The notes: a model not told the origin generated them from the letters alone. Numbered from the stretch's first letter, positions 20,188-34,123 are shown. The stretch is DNA of 64,000 bases from a bacterium (GCA_965200245.1 CBDATS010000004.1:1248001-1312000); one strand, 5' to 3'. Numbers and translations: made by a program.

Positions 20188-21276
20188 GCCTCATCCTCGA
20201 GATAGCTGCCGAGCGCCTCGCGGATGAAGTTCTCGGGATGTCCTTCCCGGATGAGAATAAGACCTTCCGCCAAGCACTCGAGTTTTCTGCGTTCCCTGTC
20301 GAGGCGCGTCTGCCCCTTCCGGCTGAGCAGCCTCTCGACGTCTTCTATAGATGCGCCCTCGACCGCCCACTTCAGGCCCGCCTTGAGAAGGGGTTCCTGA
20401 ATCCATTCGAGACGACCCGCAATCGCTCCGTCCTCCTCGCGCGAGGCAAGACCAGCGAGCTCCACACAAAGGCTGATGATGTCTGCCGTAGCCTGGGCGG
20501 AAGGAGAAAGCCGGACGCCGGGCAGGCACTCGTAATCCGCCTCGCCCTCAGGCAGGAAGGCTACGAGCCTCGCGCGTACGGAATTCTCGCTCAAGCCCTC
20601 AAGTATCGCCAACACGCCCTCTATGGAAACTTCCCTGTTTCTCTCCACTGCACTGAGGCAGGACTCGATTTGCCGGGAAGAGGATCATCTCGGCCTCGTC
20701 CCAAGGCGTCTGGTCCACCAGCATCCTGAGGCCGGTGGAGAAAATCCCGTCCGGACTTCTCTCCAAGGCCGGCTCGAGGGAAAGCAAGCTGTACTGCTCC
20801 ACGCGCGCCGCAAGGAGGGCGATGAGCGCAACTGTCTGCTCGGCCCTGCTGTCAGTTGCGTGATACGCGGATAGTGCTTCCTTGAGCGAGTGATCCAGTG
20901 ACGGAATGGCGTCATCGGCGGGGCCATCGAACGTGATGTCGCCGTAATATTTCATGGCGTAGGCGGTTTGCATCAGTCTCTGTCTCGCTTTGAGGTTTTG
21001 CTCGCCCTGCCCGGAGACAGAGCGCTCCATTTCCTCGCGAATCTGCGCCGCATTATTCGAAGAAACGTTCCTGAGCACCCGCTCGACCACGCGCGCCTCG
21101 GCGTCGCAAAGTGCCAGGGCAAGCGTCTGAACATCCATACGCTCAATGACGCGCCTGAGCGCGCGGCCCGACATTTCCGTTATGGGAGAAAGGTCGGGAT
21201 TCTCGTCCAAAGAAAAATAATGATGGGCCGGATTCTCCATGCCCCCGTCGATCCAGCCGTCGCCTTCAAGATTCAT
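20184..21276 (-). pseudogene. FliG C-terminal domain fused to two MotA-like cytoplasmic helical repeats; one frameshift near 20678
   Basis: LALALCDAEARVVERVLRNVSSNNAAQIREEME (FliG_C); LLSLE..D..F..GLRMLVD, EG.L.I.EG..P motifs twice (MotA soluble segments); removing one T joins ORF 20599-21276 to ORF 20184-20648. Confidence 0.65.
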
Positions 21277-21364
21277 TCTCTCATCTCCAGGACTTTCGAG
21301 GGCGGGTGGCGTACCGGAGATTCTGGCCGGTTCGTCTCGAAACAGCGGCAGCGCATGTTTCGCG

Positions 21365-22960
21365 TCAGTTCTCCTCGGCCAGCTTGGGTGGCTGCACGGA
21401 TCGGTTCACATAGAACTGCTGGGCGATAGAGAGCAGGTTGTTCACCAGCCAGTATATCACCAGCCCCACGGGCACAGGATAGAATATGAACATGCCGGTG
21501 AAGATGACGGGCATGAACATCATCATTTTTGCCTGTGTAGGGTCGCCCGCGGTGGGCGTCATCTTCTGCTGCAGGAACATCGACGCCCCCATGAGTATCG
21601 TATAGACGTGGTAGGGATCCTGCACCGAGAGATCCTGCACCCAGCCGAAAAAGGGCGCGTTTCGAAGCTCTATCGACACCAGAAGTGCTTCATACAGCCC
21701 GAAGAAAACGGGAATCTGTATCAGCATGGGCAAACAGCCCATCATCGGGTTGACCTTGTGCTCCTTATACAAGGCCATGGTCTGCTCGTTGAGCCTGTTT
21801 TTGTCATTCTTGTAAATTTCACGCAGTTGCATGATGCGCGGCTGGAGTTTCTGCATCTCCTTCATGTTGCGCATGCTGACGTGCGTAAGGGGGTAGAAGA
21901 TGATCTTCACCAGGATAGTCAACAGAATGATGGCCACGCCCCAGTTGCCCACGAGACCATGGAAAAAGCGAATAACCGACATGAGCGGCTTGGCGATAAA
22001 GGAGAACATCCCGTAGTCGAGGGAATCCTCAAGGTTGACATTGAGTCTTTCGAGATGCTCTACCGCCTTTGGCCCCACGTAGACGTCGAAAGCCGCGCTC
22101 ACTTCATTGCCTCGCGCGAATGGTACGATGGCGGCGTACTCGCTGAGGTCGTTGATTTTACCGAGCAGCCGAATCTCCGCCCCACCCGCTCCGCTTCGGG
22201 GAACGAGCGCCGCGATGAAATGTTTCGACTGGAGCGATGTCCACTTGAGACTCGGCCCGTGGTTGATGGCTTTTCCCTCTTCCGGGTAGTCGTATTCGAG
22301 TTCTCCGCCCACGAAGCTCATCGGGCCCTCGATGACGCCGCCGTAGGTGTTGCCGTCGCTCCCACCCACGCGCGGACCCCAGGCGATTCCCATCGCTTCA
22401 TCGCCCGATGGCCGGGTGACGCGGATATTCGTGCGTATGTTGTACTCATTGTAGCGGAAGGTGAGCGCCTTCTCCGCGGAGAGGCCGTCCGTGCCCCGGT
22501 AGATAAAACGAACCGTACCCTCGGGGTTGTCCTTCGAGAGCGAGAGATCGCCGCCCTCGATTTGGTAGGACGCCTCGTTGAGCCGCTGTGCCGTCTTGCC
22601 GCCCCAGAAGAAGAGAGGGCGCACATCCGGGCGGCCCGGGGGCGCCATCTGGACGAATTTCTGCTCACCCTGCTTGTATTCCAGAAGGCGCGCGGACAAA
22701 AATCCCGCGCCCCGGTTGGTCAGCTCATAAACGGCATCGCCCACATCTACCCGGACGCGCCTTCCCGGAGCGGCCCGGGTGGGCGCTTGAAGCGGCGTGC
22801 TCGCAGCACTTGCCTGGCTTTTTTTCTGGGCCGCCACGCGCGCCTTTGCCGCTTTTTCCTTCTGGGCCTGTTCGTCTCCTATCGGCTTTACGACGAGATA
22901 TTGCCAGCCAATGAGTATCGCCATCGACAAGACAGCGGCGAGAATCGCGTTTCTTTCCAT
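21365..22960 (-). CDS. yidC: Membrane protein insertase YidC
   Basis: N-terminal TM, YVGPK, NWGVAIILLTILVK, GCLPMLIQIPVF, GLVIYW. Confidence 0.97.
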   Translation of the reverse strand: MERNAILAAVLSMAILIGWQYLVVKPIGDEQAQKEKAAKARVAAQKKSQASAASTPLQAPTRAAPGRRVRVDVGDAVYELTNRGAGFLSARLLEYKQGEQKFVQMAPPGRPDVRPLFFWGGKTAQRLNEASYQIEGGDLSLSKDNPEGTVRFIYRGTDGLSAEKALTFRYNEYNIRTNIRVTRPSGDEAMGIAWGPRVGGSDGNTYGGVIEGPMSFVGGELEYDYPEEGKAINHGPSLKWTSLQSKHFIAALVPRSGAGGAEIRLLGKINDLSEYAAIVPFARGNEVSAAFDVYVGPKAVEHLERLNVNLEDSLDYGMFSFIAKPLMSVIRFFHGLVGNWGVAIILLTILVKIIFYPLTHVSMRNMKEMQKLQPRIMQLREIYKNDKNRLNEQTMALYKEHKVNPMMGCLPMLIQIPVFFGLYEALLVSIELRNAPFFGWVQDLSVQDPYHVYTILMGASMFLQQKMTPTAGDPTQAKMMMFMPVIFTGMFIFYPVPVGLVIYWLVNNLLSIAQQFYVNRSVQPPKLAEEN

Positions 22961-22974
22961 AGTTTAATGTGTCT

Positions 22975-23244
22975 TCACCGGAATCGTCTGGGAACCGGAT
23001 CGTCTCCTCCCGGATGAAATGGATTGCAGCGCCCGATGCGGCGCACGGTGAGCCATAATGCGCGGCCGGGCGCGTGGCAGCGAAACGCCTCAAGCGCGTA
23101 ATGTGAACAAGAGGGCGAAAAGCGGCAACTGCCCGGCAATAAAGGAGACAGGATAAGTTGATATCCACGAATCAAAACGATCGCCACAACACGCGCGGCG
23201 ACACTGAGAGGCCCGAACTCTTTTTCAGCGATTCGTTTTTCCAT
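22975..23244 (-). CDS. yidD: Membrane protein insertion efficiency factor YidD
   Basis: [32 protein letters not shown]. Confidence 0.93.
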   Translation of the reverse strand: MEKRIAEKEFGPLSVAARVVAIVLIRGYQLILSPLLPGSCRFSPSCSHYALEAFRCHAPGRALWLTVRRIGRCNPFHPGGDDPVPRRFR

Positions 23245-23572
23245 GGAATGCGCCGCAGAACGCCCTTTCAACATCTTCTAGTCTCGCCGTGACGATTGCA
23301 TTTCTCGCCACGGCCACTAGGTCCACCCCCCCGGAGGGAAGGGAACCGTGACGGCGAAACACCTCGCGGAGAAGTCGTTTGGCGCGATTTCTCTGAACGG
23401 CACCGCCCACCCTGCGTGACGCGATGATGCCGAGCCTTGTGCGGTCCCGTGAAGGGTTGGGCAAGATATGCAGCGTGAAGTACGGACACCTGCGCTTGCG
23501 TCCTTCTCTGAGAACGACGGCGAACTCGCTTTCCTTGCGGATTCGCCGAGTCGACGGGAAGCCTTCGTCCAT
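23225..23572 (-). CDS. rnpA: Ribonuclease P protein component
   Basis: [25 protein letters not shown]; position after rpmH. Confidence 0.93.
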   Translation of the reverse strand: MDEGFPSTRRIRKESEFAVVLREGRKRRCPYFTLHILPNPSRDRTRLGIIASRRVGGAVQRNRAKRLLREVFRRHGSLPSGGVDLVAVARNAIVTARLEDVERAFCGAFHGKTNR

Positions 23573-23616
23573 GTCCGTGCCCTCCCAAGACAGGGCCGAA
23601 GTTCCCGACGTACCGT

Positions 23617-23757
23617 CTAGGCCGAAACCCCGAGACGCCTGCGGCCCTTGGCCCGGCGGCGTCTGATGATCGCGCGTCCTCCGGTCGTTTTCATTCGTCG
23701 GCGAAATCCGTGTGCCTTCGCCCGCTTTCTTCTGTTCGGCTGGTAAGTCCGCTTCAC
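23617..23757 (-). CDS. rpmH: 50S ribosomal protein L34
   Basis: [35 protein letters not shown]; GTG start. Confidence 0.97.
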   Translation of the reverse strand: MKRTYQPNRRKRAKAHGFRRRMKTTGGRAIIRRRRAKGRRRLGVSA

Positions 23758-24003
23758 CAAATACTCCGCTCCCGGCCGCAGGGCCGGACGTATCGTTTCG
23801 CACCAAAGTAAGATAGCCTCTTGGAGGCCGAGCATAAAGTAGCCACGAAAACAGCGCTTGTCAAGAACCTATTTTCCTTCGGGGCGCAAACAATTTCATC
23901 GGATCCGCCTGGCCGTGGCGTTACACTTCACACCGCTCGGCTCTCATGTAGAAAGATGTGTTTTCCTCATGATGAAACCAAAAAAGGGGTTTTGCAGCGG
24001 TTT

Positions 24004-24084
24004 TGTGGAAAAACCTTCTTGCGCTTGGCGTGTTTTTGTGGAACACTCCCTGCTCTGTAATTTTTTTTGTCGTTTTGTGGAAAA
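24004..24084. promoter_or_regulatory. DnaA-box cluster upstream of dnaA
   Basis: TGTGGAAAA (24004-24012), TGTGGAACA (24037-24045), TGTGGAAAA (24076-24084). Confidence 0.75.
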
Positions 24085-24150
24085 TATTGGTCGCGCAGTT
24101 TTTCATTCTCCTCCTCTTCCCTCGCGGCCTTTTGTCGTTCGGTTCTTTCT

Positions 24151-25500
24151 ATGATGACTCTTTGGCAACGTTGCGCGGAAAAAATCAGACTGGAAGTCTC
24201 TCCCCAGACTTATGAGCGCTGGTTCGCCGGCATCAAGGAAGTTGGAGCAACTGATTTTTCCTTGGCGATTCAGGCTCCCGATTCGTTCACGGCCAGCACT
24301 TTACGCTCGCGCTACTGGGGAATTATCACAGACATTCTCAGGCAAGAAACCGGGTCGAATATGGCGCTCGATCTCTCTGCTGATGGTACACCGATAAACA
24401 GTTCTGATGCTTTTCATGGATCGGCGGCAACCCCCGCACAAGGGGCTTCAGTGCTCGACGAGAGTCCTTGGCCTTCACCCAAGAAGCCGGATTTCCTGAA
24501 CCCGAAGTACTGTTTCGAGAACTTCGTAGTGGGCAGTTCGAATCGGTTCGCCCACGCCTGCAGCCTCCGCATTGCGGACAGCAAGGCGGGCACCCCCCTC
24601 TTCATCTACGGTGGTGTCGGACTCGGAAAGACCCATTTACTACATGCCATCACCCACCGCATTTTCGACAAACGTCCGCAAACGCGCGCCTTTTATACTT
24701 CCTCGGAGAGTTTCACCAACGACCTCATCGCTTCAATCAGGCAGGACAAGATGACCACCTTCAGAAGCAAATACAGACAAGTTGAAGTCCTGATGATTGA
24801 CGACATCCAGTTTATTGCGGGCAAGGAACGCACACAAGAAGAATTTTTTTATACTTTCAACAAATTACAAGAGTCGAGCAAGCAAATCATCATAACGAGC
24901 GACAAATTGCCCAATGACACACCGGGACTGGAAGATCGGCTTCGGTCGCGCTTCATCTCGGGAATGATAGCGGACATCGGTGCGCCTGATTTTGAAACCA
25001 AGGTAGCCATTCTGCAAAAAAAGGCGATCGAAATGGGTCTTTCTCTCAACCGTGAAGTCGCCCATTATGTGGCCGAGAAGGCTCGATCCAATGTAAGGGA
25101 ACTCGAAGGCTGCCTGACGAAGCTAAGTATTCACACCTCCCTGTATGGTATCGAGATCGATCTTACCGTAGCACAGGAATTACTGCGCGGGATCATCCGC
25201 GACACCACCCGCCATTCCTCGGTGGAAAATATCCAGAAAATCGTCGCCGAGCACTTTCAGGTCCGGGTTTCCGACCTCAAATCAAAGAATCGCTCGCGCT
25301 CCTTTGCCGTTCCCCGCCAGATCGCCATGTTCCTCGCAAGAAAACTCACCCAAGCCTCAACCACCGAGATCGGCCGACGGTTCGGGAAGGACCACTCCAC
25401 CGTAATCCACTCCACCACCAAAATCGAGAACCTGATCAAAACAGACCTCTCACTGCACGCCACCATAGAAACGCTCGAACAAAAAATAGACCTCTCCTGA
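24151..25500 (+). CDS. dnaA: Chromosomal replication initiator DnaA
   Basis: LNPKY.FENFVVG.SN, GGVGLGKTHL, IDDIQF, RLRSRF, NVRELEG, PRQIAMFL, DHSTVIH. Confidence 0.98.
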   Translation: MMTLWQRCAEKIRLEVSPQTYERWFAGIKEVGATDFSLAIQAPDSFTASTLRSRYWGIITDILRQETGSNMALDLSADGTPINSSDAFHGSAATPAQGASVLDESPWPSPKKPDFLNPKYCFENFVVGSSNRFAHACSLRIADSKAGTPLFIYGGVGLGKTHLLHAITHRIFDKRPQTRAFYTSSESFTNDLIASIRQDKMTTFRSKYRQVEVLMIDDIQFIAGKERTQEEFFYTFNKLQESSKQIIITSDKLPNDTPGLEDRLRSRFISGMIADIGAPDFETKVAILQKKAIEMGLSLNREVAHYVAEKARSNVRELEGCLTKLSIHTSLYGIEIDLTVAQELLRGIIRDTTRHSSVENIQKIVAEHFQVRVSDLKSKNRSRSFAVPRQIAMFLARKLTQASTTEIGRRFGKDHSTVIHSTTKIENLIKTDLSLHATIETLEQKIDLS

Positions 25501-25735
25501 AACATCCCGTGAAAAGAACTGTGAATAACCACTTGAAAACTGTTATTTCAGTTCCACCCTCAGAAACAATTCACGGCAATCCACTTTTTCCCACAACCGA
25601 TTCCACGTTCTCGTGACCAGATAAAACCAATTGATTAAATTACTTACGTGATTTTCCTCAATTTCAACGCGTCTACTACTACGGTTTTTATATATTCTAT
25701 ACTAGAATCTAGTAACCGGTATTTGAGGATATCCA
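25501..25735. other. Probable oriC unwinding region
   Basis: AT-rich; DnaA box TGTGAATAA (25520-25528) and several degenerate boxes; tandem boxes, then GC-rich CGCG, then DnaA-trio run CTACTACTAC (25673-25682), then TATATATT. Confidence 0.75.
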
Positions 25736-29357
<3,622 letters not shown>

Positions 29358-29403
29358 CGAGGTAGCCCGGGAAAAGGCGGATCCTGTGGAACACTTCCCC
29401 CTT

Positions 29404-29865
29404 TCAGGGGCGCATTTCCTTGTGGCAGTTGAGGCAAGCGGCGTGTAGCGCAGCGAGGGCCTTCACAGTCGCTTCGAGGTTCTTGTTGTTCGCCGCACTT
29501 GCGAGGCTCACGGCAACGCCCTCGGTTTGTCGTGACAGAGCGATCAGCGAAGCGTCTCCCGCGATTCTCTCCGCGCTCGGCAGCGACTTCGCCGCGTCGT
29601 CGATTGCCTTGGCGTTCTTCGCGATTCCATCGAACAACGCATCGCTTATAATTTCCTCTTCAAGCGACGTGACGAAGAGGTCCTTCACGAGAACCTCCAG
29701 GGTTTTCCCCATTTCCTGCATCAGTTCAACAAGATCCCCGTGGGCCTCTCCCCCTTCCTTGTGGGCGTCACTCTCACCCGTTATCGGGTAGGCGGCCAGC
29801 GCCAGCGCGAGCACGAAGAAAGACATTAAACGACCAATGCGGGAGAACCCGGCGAAGATTTTCAT
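29404..29865 (-). CDS. Exported class II cytochrome c (cytochrome c'-like four-helix bundle)
   Basis: Signal peptide, helical body, C-terminal CLNCH heme motif. Confidence 0.8.
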   Translation of the reverse strand: MKIFAGFSRIGRLMSFFVLALALAAYPITGESDAHKEGGEAHGDLVELMQEMGKTLEVLVKDLFVTSLEEEIISDALFDGIAKNAKAIDDAAKSLPSAERIAGDASLIALSRQTEGVAVSLASAANNKNLEATVKALAALHAACLNCHKEMRP

Positions 29866-30155
29866 GAGCAACCTCGTTTGAGAGAAGAAAAGCGTCCTGA
29901 AAACAAACGCCACCATTGTCCATGAACGAAACGTCCCGGGCAATCAGGAGTAACCAAAGAACGCTCCCTTGGATCCACGGGGTCCTTCCGGCTGCCGGAA
30001 GAAGCCACAAGCCGTTGTTTTCATTTTCCATCGGAACCGTTTTGTGGTATAAGGTAGTGTTTGAGTTCTGCCCCTCGCCCGGGTCGCCCCCATCCGTTTT
30101 TTGAAGCCAACGAGACAGTCATTGTTCGCGCCGTCGGCAGGAGAGTGTCGGTAGT

Positions 30156-32585
30156 ATGGAAAACCTGAACGAGGTCAGCATCGAGCAGGAAATGAGTGCG
30201 TCCTTCATGGATTACGCGATGAGCGTCATCATCGCGCGCGCGCTTCCTGATGTCCGTGACGGGCTCAAGCCCGTGCAAAGGCGCATCCTCACTACGCTGA
30301 ATGATCTGGGACTCGCGCACAACAGGCCATTCCGCAAGTGCGCGAAGATAGCGGGCGACGTAAGCGGCAACTACCACCCTCATGGCGAGGCGGTAGTTTA
30401 TCCGGCGCTGGCGCGCATGGCGCAGGACTTCTCGATGCGCGGCCTTCTGGTGGACGGACAGGGTAATTTCGGCTCGGTGGACGGAGATCCGCCCGCCGCC
30501 ATGCGCTACACCGAGGCGCGCATGACGCAGCTCGCCGAGAACATGCTCGCCGACATCGAAAAAGACACCGTCGATTTCGTGCCCAACTACGACAACACGC
30601 GAACGGAGCCCTCCGTGCTCCCTTCCCGCGTGCCTAATTTACTGCTGAACGGCTCCACGGGCATCGCTGTCGGCATGGCCACGAACATCCCGCCCCACAA
30701 CCTGGGTGAGCTTTGTGACGCGCTCGTCTGCGTTCTCGAGAAAGAAGACGCAGGCCTTAGGGAGATTCTCGAGATCATGCCGGGGCCGGACTTCCCCACG
30801 GCGGGTGTCATCTACGGGCGATCGGGCATAAGGAACTACTACGAGACTGGCCGCGGCTCGCTGCAGCTGCGCGCCAAGGCGATAGTGGAGATCAACGGGC
30901 GCACGAACCGGCAGTCCATTGTAGTGACAGAGATACCCTACGCGCTCAACAAGGCGAGGCTCATCGAGAAGGTTGCGGATCTGGTGCGCGAGCAGAAAAT
31001 CCGCGAGATATCGGACATCAGGGACGAGAGTGACAGGAATGGCATGCGCATCGTCATTGATCTCAAAAGGGACGCAGTCGGCGGTGCGGTTCTGAACCAG
31101 CTTTACAAACACACCCAAATGCAGACGACTTTCGGGGTCATCCTTCTGGCGCTCGTGAACAACCAGCCGCGCGTGATGGGCCTGAAGGAGATGCTCTTCC
31201 ACTTCCTGCGCTACCGCCGCGAGGTTGTTCTCAGGCGCAGCCGCTTCGAGCTCAAAAAGGCCGAGGACAGGGCGCACATTCTAGAGGGTTACCGCATCGC
31301 GCTCGACAAGATCGAGGAAGTTATCGCGCTCATCCGGGCAAGCCAGGCTCCCGAGGAAGCGCGCACGGGACTCATGCGGAATTTTGGGTTTACCCAGCCC
31401 CAAGCGCAGGCCATCCTCGAGATGCGCCTCCAGCGCCTCACGGGCCTGGAACGCGACAAGATAGAAGCCGAATACAAGGAACTCCAAAAAACCATCGCTC
31501 ACCTGCGCGAAGTGCTCGTGAACGAAAAACTCCAGACTTCCATTATCAAGGACGAGATACTGGAGGTACGGGAGAAATTCTCGGACGAACGCCGCACGGA
31601 AATCGTGGAGGAGACGAGCGAAATCTCCATCGAGGACATGATCGTCGAAGAAGACATGACGGTCACCATATCCAATTCGGGCTACATCAAGCGGAACGCT
31701 GTGAGCCTGTATCGTTCCCAGCGCCGGGGAGGCAAGGGAGTGATAGGTATGGGCACGAAACAAGAAGATTTCGTGGAGCAACTCTTCATCGCCTCCACGC
31801 ATGATTACATGTTGTTCTTTACATCGCGCGGGCGCTGCCATTGGCTCAAGGTTCACGAGATTCCACAGGGCAGCAGGGCGGCGCGCGGCAAGGCCATCAT
31901 CAACGTACTTCAACTGGCGGCGGACGAGTTCGTTTCCGCCGTAATGCCGGTGCGCAAGTTCGAACCTGACCGCTACATCCTTATGGCGACGAAACAGGGC
32001 GTGCTCAAGAAAACACAACTCACGGCTTTCAGTAACCCGAGGACAGGCGGCATCATTGCGGTCAATCTCGATGAGGGAGACGAACTCATCGGCGTGGCAC
32101 AAACCGACGGCAGCCGCGATGTTTTCCTTGGAACGAGAGGCGGCAAGGCTATCCGTTTCCCCGAGAACAAGGTTCGCGCCATGGGCAGGAGCGCGCGCGG
32201 GGTGCGCGGAATCGATCTGGCGCAAGACGATTGCGTCATTGGAATGGAAGTCGTCTTGCCGGGAAACATCATCCTGACCGCCACGGGGTTCGGCTACGGC
32301 AAGCGCAGCCGCGTGGACGATTACCGGTTGACGAACCGGGGCGGCAAGGGCGTGATCAACATCAAGGTAACGGAGAAGAACGGACCGGTTATCGGAACCC
32401 GGCGCGTGACCGAAGACGATGAATTTATGCTCATCACCATCGGGGGGCAGCTTATTCGCTCCCGGGTTCAGGATGTTTCCATCATCGGACGCGCCACGCA
32501 GGGTGTTCGCCTCATCGGGGTCAAGGAAGGAGACCGCGTCGCGGCCTTGGCCCGCATCGAGGAAGATGGAACCGGCTCTCCATAA
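30156..32585 (+). CDS. gyrA: DNA gyrase subunit A
   Basis: [23 protein letters not shown], GyrA-box QRRGGKG, beta-pinwheel repeats. Confidence 0.98.
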   Translation: MENLNEVSIEQEMSASFMDYAMSVIIARALPDVRDGLKPVQRRILTTLNDLGLAHNRPFRKCAKIAGDVSGNYHPHGEAVVYPALARMAQDFSMRGLLVDGQGNFGSVDGDPPAAMRYTEARMTQLAENMLADIEKDTVDFVPNYDNTRTEPSVLPSRVPNLLLNGSTGIAVGMATNIPPHNLGELCDALVCVLEKEDAGLREILEIMPGPDFPTAGVIYGRSGIRNYYETGRGSLQLRAKAIVEINGRTNRQSIVVTEIPYALNKARLIEKVADLVREQKIREISDIRDESDRNGMRIVIDLKRDAVGGAVLNQLYKHTQMQTTFGVILLALVNNQPRVMGLKEMLFHFLRYRREVVLRRSRFELKKAEDRAHILEGYRIALDKIEEVIALIRASQAPEEARTGLMRNFGFTQPQAQAILEMRLQRLTGLERDKIEAEYKELQKTIAHLREVLVNEKLQTSIIKDEILEVREKFSDERRTEIVEETSEISIEDMIVEEDMTVTISNSGYIKRNAVSLYRSQRRGGKGVIGMGTKQEDFVEQLFIASTHDYMLFFTSRGRCHWLKVHEIPQGSRAARGKAIINVLQLAADEFVSAVMPVRKFEPDRYILMATKQGVLKKTQLTAFSNPRTGGIIAVNLDEGDELIGVAQTDGSRDVFLGTRGGKAIRFPENKVRAMGRSARGVRGIDLAQDDCVIGMEVVLPGNIILTATGFGYGKRSRVDDYRLTNRGGKGVINIKVTEKNGPVIGTRRVTEDDEFMLITIGGQLIRSRVQDVSIIGRATQGVRLIGVKEGDRVAALARIEEDGTGSP

Positions 32586-32599
32586 ACGCTGGGTAGCCA

Positions 32600-34123
32600 A
32601 TGCAGAAAAAGAAAAAAATGATGGCGTCTCCGACTCTCTTCCCGGTCTCGGTGTGTTTGCTCATGTTGGCTTTTACGCTTTCTGGATGTGATTCCACAGA
32701 GGTGCTCGTCCAGAAGACGCTAATGCCGGAGCCAGGAACGAAACAGCCTGATCCCTTCCCAGCACAAAGGCTCAAGCGAACGCCATCGCCAGCCAACACA
32801 CCCTCTTTACCCAAGCCACTTCCTGCACAGCCGGTCTCTCCGCAGGAGTCCGGGTCATTTCCAGAACCGTCTCCACCGAGCCTCGCCGAGAATTTGAGTG
32901 CAAAAGGAGAGTCTGCGTATCGGCAAGAGGATTATAATCTCTCCGAGAAACGGTTTCGCGAGGCGCTCGTTCATGAGCCGGAACTCCTTCATGCCCTCAC
33001 TGGCCTGGGTTGGACGCTCTACGATTCGGAACGCCCCGATGAGGCCTTCTTCTATTTCGAGCGGGCGAAAAACCTTTACCCTGAAAGCGGAAGCGCCCGG
33101 CGTGGATTCGCCTACTTGCTTTATCGCTACGGACGCCTGAAGGAGGCGAGAGCGTTGCTCGGTTCGCTCGACAAGGCGAGGTGGCCCGAACTCGCCAACA
33201 TCGACGAAGGAATCATGACGCGCGCCGGCAAGAAAATGGTTTCTCCTCCGCTGAAAACACCTGAACCGAAAATACAACCGGAATCAAAACCGGATCCCAG
33301 GCCGAAAACCGAAACAGCAAAACCCAGGCCCCCCGAACCTGCGCCTGAAACTGTGAAATCGTCGCTCCTGCCTGTGAAACCTGTGCCCCCGCCTCCCGTC
33401 CGCAAGCCCTCTCTTGAGGGAATGGTAAAAATTCCTGGCGGGTCCTTCATGATGGGCATCAAGTTCACCACCAGGAAACGCTCACGTGCAAGATGGCGCC
33501 GCAGGCGGGCGGCTGTGAAAGTATCGGGAGGCAGGCCCGTCGAGGTTGCATCTTTTCGGCTCGACAAGTTCGAGATCACGAATTCTCTTTACGCGGATTT
33601 CTTGCGGGCAACGAAGGGAGCCGAACCTCCTTTTTGGCATAAAGTCCATTTTACGGGTCCGCACCTTCCCGTGGTGGGAGTGACGTGGGATGAGGCGCGA
33701 GCGTATTGCTCCTGGGCGGGAAAACGGTTGCCTACGGAAGCGGAATGGGAGTATGCTGCCCAAGGTGCGGGCAAGGGAAGGCGGTACCCGTGGGGGAATA
33801 CGCAGCACGACAGAAACGCCGTTTTCGGCCTGAGCCCCGACGCCGGAGGACCCAAGGCCGTAGGCAGGCGTCCCGAGGGCACCGGCCTGCACGGGGTCGA
33901 GGATCTGGCCGGGAACGTCTGGGAGTGGGTAGCAGATGAGTTCAGGACGAATCCCGGAGATACCCGGCCGATCACCCGAAACGGACAGGTACTGCGAACG
34001 CTCAAGGGCGGTTCCTGGGTGAACGGGTGGTGGGCGCTGGCCTCGTCACACAGAACGGGCGACATTCCGGACCGCCGATTGCCCGCATACGGTTTTCGCT
34101 GTGCGGCGGATGCGCCGGAATGA
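32600..34123 (+). CDS. Lipoprotein with TPR repeats, Pro-rich linkers and an FGE-sulfatase (SUMF1/EgtB/PvdO) domain
   Basis: Lipobox LSGC; TPR helices; RLPTEAEWEYAA, YPWG, GNVWEW, GFRCA. Confidence 0.85.
   Translation: MQKKKKMMASPTLFPVSVCLLMLAFTLSGCDSTEVLVQKTLMPEPGTKQPDPFPAQRLKRTPSPANTPSLPKPLPAQPVSPQESGSFPEPSPPSLAENLSAKGESAYRQEDYNLSEKRFREALVHEPELLHALTGLGWTLYDSERPDEAFFYFERAKNLYPESGSARRGFAYLLYRYGRLKEARALLGSLDKARWPELANIDEGIMTRAGKKMVSPPLKTPEPKIQPESKPDPRPKTETAKPRPPEPAPETVKSSLLPVKPVPPPPVRKPSLEGMVKIPGGSFMMGIKFTTRKRSRARWRRRRAAVKVSGGRPVEVASFRLDKFEITNSLYADFLRATKGAEPPFWHKVHFTGPHLPVVGVTWDEARAYCSWAGKRLPTEAEWEYAAQGAGKGRRYPWGNTQHDRNAVFGLSPDAGGPKAVGRRPEGTGLHGVEDLAGNVWEWVADEFRTNPGDTRPITRNGQVLRTLKGGSWVNGWWALASSHRTGDIPDRRLPAYGFRCAADAPE

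Noticed and set aside
21239-23017. 592-aa plus-strand ORF
   Set aside because: Antisense shadow of yidC in high-GC DNA
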